Assembly (NCBI RefSeq): GCF_964194155.1
Contig: NC_135881.1
Span: 52,018,001 to 52,082,000 of the forward strand
Direction of reading: 5' to 3'
DNA from: Cetorhinus maximus
Taxonomy: Eukaryota
Length of the DNA: 64,000 bases
A program made the translations under genes and the position numbers. Below the pieces are notes generated by a model, which searched no databases, was not told the DNA's origin, and saw nothing but the letters and a program-made list of their open reading frames with translations. This document shows positions 58,745 through 64,000 of this stretch, one piece after another (within the stretch, counting starts at the first letter, position 1; each line of letters opens with the position of its first letter).

Positions 58745-61700
58745 ATCAAGCTCAGCTGATCCACGCGGATGTGACAGTGTTAGCAATGAACAGGGACAGC
58801 AGAACATCAGCAAGTGAACAGCCTGCTCACCACGAAATTGCTTTCACTTAGTAGCCATTCCTACAGAAATTTAACCATAAATGGTGTACAAAGTGCAGAA
58901 GCATAGTAGTTTATGCAATAATGTGAAAACCTTCTTGCAAGCTATTTCCGCAAAGCGTAGAACAAATTAAAACCAGTACATCGCTACTGTCTCCTCGCAC
59001 AGGACATTTAAACCAGAGTTTAAAATGCAAAGATGCAACAAAAAGATAAAATGTCAATTTTGTTGTTAATTGAAACAACAAAACATTTATAAGCAGATCT
59101 TCAGTGAGTAGAGCATTTATTACTACTGGCGAGGATCAATTTGGTGCTTATCAATGTAACGTCTATGCATAAATGGTATGCAATGGTAAATGCAATCGTA
59201 TATTTTACTGCAGCAGCTGGAGAGAGCACAATGCAATAAGTGATTATGCCTGGTTAAGTAGTTATCGTACTAAAATTCGCCTAAGTTCGCTTAACAGAAT
59301 CTTTATCTTTTCATTCTCCTGAATACAAATAACCATTTATCAGGTGCTTTGGTGCAATTAATTAGGTACTTCTAACAATACATCAAATGTCAGCTAGCTA
59401 TCCAATATAAGTACCAGCAAGAAACTGAGAGGGCTGGGTTAGGTGTAATAGGCCAATCATTTAATTATATTGTGCGTTTTGTTTCTGTTCAATGTGGTTT
59501 TTTCCCTGCATAGCACCAACAGAAAACAATATTATAACTCTGTAGAGCTCGCATTGAGTCATCGTTTATTTAATGGTGTTCATCAGCTGCAGTGTAACCA
59601 CAGCCAGAACATGTTAAATTCTGTTGAAAATATATGTTTGATGTCATTGATTAAGGACAGCTGTGATGGTTCTAAAGTTGAATTATTTAGTAACATTCAC
59701 TATCTAAGCTCAATGTAGGTGTTTGTGGTATCATCTAGGAAAAAAGGATTACCTTCAAGATGAGAGGGAAAGTGGAAAGCAAGTTTATTGTAGCACCCCT
59801 CAAATATGTTACTTAAAATGCTCTGAAATAGTAAGTGATGAAATGAAACCACCCCCACATCAGTTTATATTGTATTTCATATTTGTGTTATTTTGCATTT
59901 GTCCAATCAGAGGTATATGGCTGAGATAATTATCATTTCTCTCATTTCTTTGTACTTTCTGGCAGTAGTAAACACTATGAATTGAGTTAAAGGCTAGATT
60001 AGGCATAGGCAAAATCATTTTTTTCTCTGCAATAAGATTCTCTTAATCCCAACTGGAAGTGAGTACATCTATTATGCTTGTAAAGATGCTGGTATGCTCC
60101 TAATGTGATATTTTCATCTCCCACATTACCAGCTATCTCAGTGACACTGTTTCACTAATACTGAATAATGGATGGGACTGCTTTTATGTTCCAGAATTAT
60201 GTACAATAGCTGAGTTGCAATTTTCTGTAGAATGTTTTAATATAAAATAATAGAGAAGACACTTTTATCTGGTTGAGTTTAAATCCAGTCCTGAAATGAA
60301 AGAAAATGCTCTTTCTAACCCATTATACAATTTAGACACTGGTGAATGATTTTGTGATTGCAATTAATTCAAAACTGATTGTCAAACAATCATGATAATA
60401 TTTGATAACTTTAAAGCTTTGAGACCAAATCTGGTTCAGCGCTTTTGTGTGTGTAGATTTTGATAGTGTCTAAGGTCAGCTTGTATTTTTGTTCCTTTTT
60501 TTTGTACTGTGTTTTTTAAATCTTTTGTTTGTTTGCTGTTGGTCTTTTGATCTGGTTCAGACTGATGGTGGTGAAAATCTTTCTTTATTAGCTATAAGGA
60601 TCCTAAGTGAACAAATGATGGAGCCACAGCTGAAACTGTCCACAATTTAGCAAAACTTAACATTAAATTGACAATACAACCCTGACAGTCCATAAGGATA
60701 GCAGGTTTGGGGAAAAAGAGTTATTTTACAGTAGGGGTTGTTTATTTAGCTTTAAGGTGGTACTTTGTTGAAACAAAGTAGAGGAGTTTCATGCCCTATT
60801 TACGCCAAATGAAATGAATGCAATGTTGGGTGCACTAAAATGACAATGTGAATGGATAATCACGTACATACAACATGCTCATATTGATGCTGGTTAAAAG
60901 AAACCAGATCTCCATTCATGTGTACTCAAATATGTGCATGGACTTTCACTCAACAGCATCTGACCACTGGTGAAATTTCCATTCACACAGAAAAACTGAC
61001 AGTGGTACTCAGCTCTTTTCTATTATTAGAAAGCTACAGCTTAAAATTAAAAATGTTAATTTCACATTAACTTCTATTATGCTTCAGCAGATGTGCAGTG
61101 TTGCCATTGCAAGATGAATTTTTCAGTGCAAAGGATTGTGTACAGATGCCAAACATACAATATAATTAAGACTTTGTTCTGCAGTGGGCCTGCGCTTTGC
61201 TTGACCTGAAAGTACCCTCATTGGGTGACAAAATGGAAAATAATTCCATTCCCAAGCATTGACTTCCCAATCCCCAATAAACTACAGTTCAGCAAAAATG
61301 ATAGATATTAAACTGGATTACCACAAGGTAAAATTAAATATGAATCAGTGGGACTAATGTAAATTTGTATCTAAGATGCAAAAATATCATTAGACTACAA
61401 TGCAAAGCTTTGGAAAATATTTGCAAGAGATACAAGCTGTCTTTAGTGCATATACAATGTGAAAAGCAAACTCTGGTGCACTTCAATAGTTCCTTTGCTG
61501 ATATATGTAGCAACTATTTTGTACGGTATGGTAATGCTATAATGGACAACTTCATACTGTTTAACTTTATCTGGGAATGTCGAGCAGTGGTTAAGTGCCT
61601 CCACAGAGCAAGTGAAGAAAAGAATCAACAGCACACCAAAAGTAGACATTAGGAAACATGGCTCATATTATATGACATCTGATTTTTTTCTCCCTCCTCC

Positions 61701-62109
61701 CTTTAGGGGAGCGTTCAAACACAAGATAAAGTTAAACACTTTTGTGCACATTGCAAACTTGCCAAGCTTAACTGAAAATGTTACTTGACATAAGGAGATC
61801 AATTAAAACACAAAGAGGGGCTATCTAGATCACATTGTGTTAAAGACACCTGGTGTACCCTTCCATAGATCAAATGTTCCATGGGGCAGAGAAATAGGTG
61901 CTATGATTGGCTTCAATTTCCCAGCTTTCAGCCGAGGAGGGAGAAAAGCATCCAGGCCCCTGATTTTGACTGCCAGCCAGTGACTCTTGCTGCAAAGTGC
62001 AACTTTGGAAATGTTGGATGAGGAAAGAGATTGAATCAAGCTCTACTGTGATGCCCATTTAATGGCTGCCAACACCATTCATCAGTCTATGCTGAATGAT
62101 GAGCATACC

Positions 62110-63390
62110 TTTGTGAAAAGGAAATCATGTTTGACTAATTTAGTTGAGCTTTTTGAGGAAATAACAAGCAGGGTGGATAATTGGGAACCAGTAGATGTGG
62201 TGCCTTTGGATTTCCAAAAGGCATTTGATAAGTTGCCACATAAAGGTTACTACACAAGATAAGATCTCACAGTGTTGTGGGTAACATATTAGCATGGATA
62301 GAGGATTGGTTGGCTAACAGGAAACAGAGTCAGGATAAATGGGTTGTTATTGGGTTGGCAAATGTAACTGGTGGAGTGCCACAGAGATCAGTGCTGGGGC
62401 CTCAATTATTTACAATCTATGTTAATGACTTGGATGAAGGGACCGAGTAGCTAAATTTGCTGATGACACCAAGATAGGTAGGAAGACAAGTTGTGAAGAG
62501 GATACAAAGAGTTTGCAAAGGGATATAGATAGGTTATGTGAGTGGGCAAACATTTGACAGGTGGAGTATAATGTAAAAGATGAGCTTTTCCACTTTGGCA
62601 GGAAGAATGGAAAAGCAGAATATTATTTAAATGGAAAGAGACTGCACGTACCTGTGGTAAAGAGGGATCTGGCTGTCCTGGCATACAAATCACAAAAAAG
62701 CTATCATACAGGTACAGCAAGTGGAGAATTATTGGAGAATATGGAATGTTGGCTCTTATTGCAAGGGGAATGGAACATGAAAGTAGGGAAGTGCTGCTGC
62801 AGCCATACAGGGCCTTAGTGAGGCTGCATCTGGAGTACTGAGTAAAGTTTTGGTCTCCTTACTTGAGAAGCAGTTCAGAGCAGGTTCACTTGGGTGATTC
62901 CTGGGAAGAAGGGATTGTTTTATGCAGAAAGGTTGAATGGGTTAGGCTTATACTCATTGGAATTTAGAAGAATGAGAGGTGATCTTATTGAAACATATGA
63001 AATTTTGAGGGGACTTGACAGGGTGGATACTGGGAGAATGTTTCTCCTTGTTGGGGAATCTAGAACTAGTATTAGTGGGGGCACAGTTTAAAAATAAGAG
63101 GTCTTCCATTTAAGATGGGGGTGAGGAGGGATGTTTTGTCTCAGAGGGTCGTTAGACTTTGGAATTCTCTTCCCAGGTATCGGTGGAGGCTGGGTCATTG
63201 AATATATTCAAGGCTGAGTTAGACAGATTTTTGATCAACAAGGGAGTCGAGGTTTATGGGAGGGGGGAGGGGGGGCAGCAGGCAGGAATGTGGAGTTAAG
63301 GCCACAATCAGATCAGCCATGATCTGTTTAAATGGTGAAGCAAGTTTGATGGGCTGAATTGGTTACTCCTACACCTATTTCTTATATTCA
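62110..63390 (+). mobile_element. CR1-type LINE 3' fragment
   Basis: KSCLTNL..LDFQKAFDKLPH, FADDTK and GLYSLEFRRMRGDLIE motifs plus 3' UTR. Confidence 0.92.
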
Positions 63391-64000
63391 GATTTTAAGA
63401 TCTGATGAAGAATGAAGAACTACTGGAAGTTTTCAGGACCTTGTGATAATGTACCACAGTATGAGTCCTTTCTGGAAAAGAGGAGAAAACAACAATTGTA
63501 TTGATACAGTGTATTTAACATCAGAAAATATTCCAAGGTGCTTCAATGGAACATAATCAGACAAAAATTGACTGAGAGCCAAAGAAGGAGATATTCAAAA
63601 GAGTGGCTAAATCTTGGTCAAAGGGGGAGGTTTTAAAATAACAGTGGAGAGATTTAGGTTGGGAATTTTGAAGCTTAGGGCCTAGACTGCTGGAAGCATG
63701 GCCTGGTGGGACAAAGGGATTGGAAAATGAGTAATCGCCAGAGTTGGAGAAATGCAGAGTTCTTGGACGGTTGTAGGGCTGGAGGAAGTTTAAAATAAGG
63801 AAAAATAGGAAACATGGAAAAATACCTTGCTTCACCATTCAATCAGATCATGGCTGATCTGATTCTGTAATATTGCAGTTCTTATTTTGGTGCAGCATAT
63901 TTTGCTGCTTGTGCACTTTAAACTGGATTTTAAATCTTTTGTCTTAGCAAAAAGCCAACTGTTCCATCAGATTTTCAGTGACGTTAAAAAAGAAACCTGA

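Noticed and set aside
58711-58764. N-terminal extension of COMMD3 in the ORF track (MDQLSLITWLCVEGQSST)
   Set aside because: It starts at GTG; homology begins at the ATG at 58710.

Overview
Eukaryotic vertebrate DNA, most likely a cartilaginous fish (inferred from the repeat families and from protein divergence). The window holds the syntenic COMMD3-BMI1-SPAG6 cluster, all on the minus strand. COMMD3 is complete (8 coding exons, 195 aa, 58710->54549). BMI1/PCGF4 is complete (putative non-coding exon 1 plus 9 coding exons, 325 aa, 48230->43560). Only the first two coding exons of SPAG6 are present (23008->19642); I found no exon 3, so intron 2 appears to run off the left edge. Every coding exon was read by hand, with GT-AG boundaries and consistent phases. 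Positions 1-24.4 kb and 62-64 kb are dense with decayed, often nested transposons (CR1 and L2/Crack-like LINEs, an RTE LINE, a Penelope element, tRNA-SINEs, MITEs). Positions 24.4-62 kb carry only short TE scraps and, over long stretches, retain CpG. No new protein-coding system is evident. The best leads are regulatory. (1) A short uORF in the BMI1 leader that appears conserved with human. (2) A splice layout that permits an in-frame COMMD3-BMI1 read-through protein, with a (UG)16 tract beside the COMMD3 terminal acceptor. (3) Hammerhead-ribozyme remnants in Penelope termini. (4) RFX X-boxes spread over the locus. (5) A miR-128/miR-27 site and tandem hairpins downstream of the BMI1 stop. Comparisons with human sequence are from memory and need confirming by alignment.
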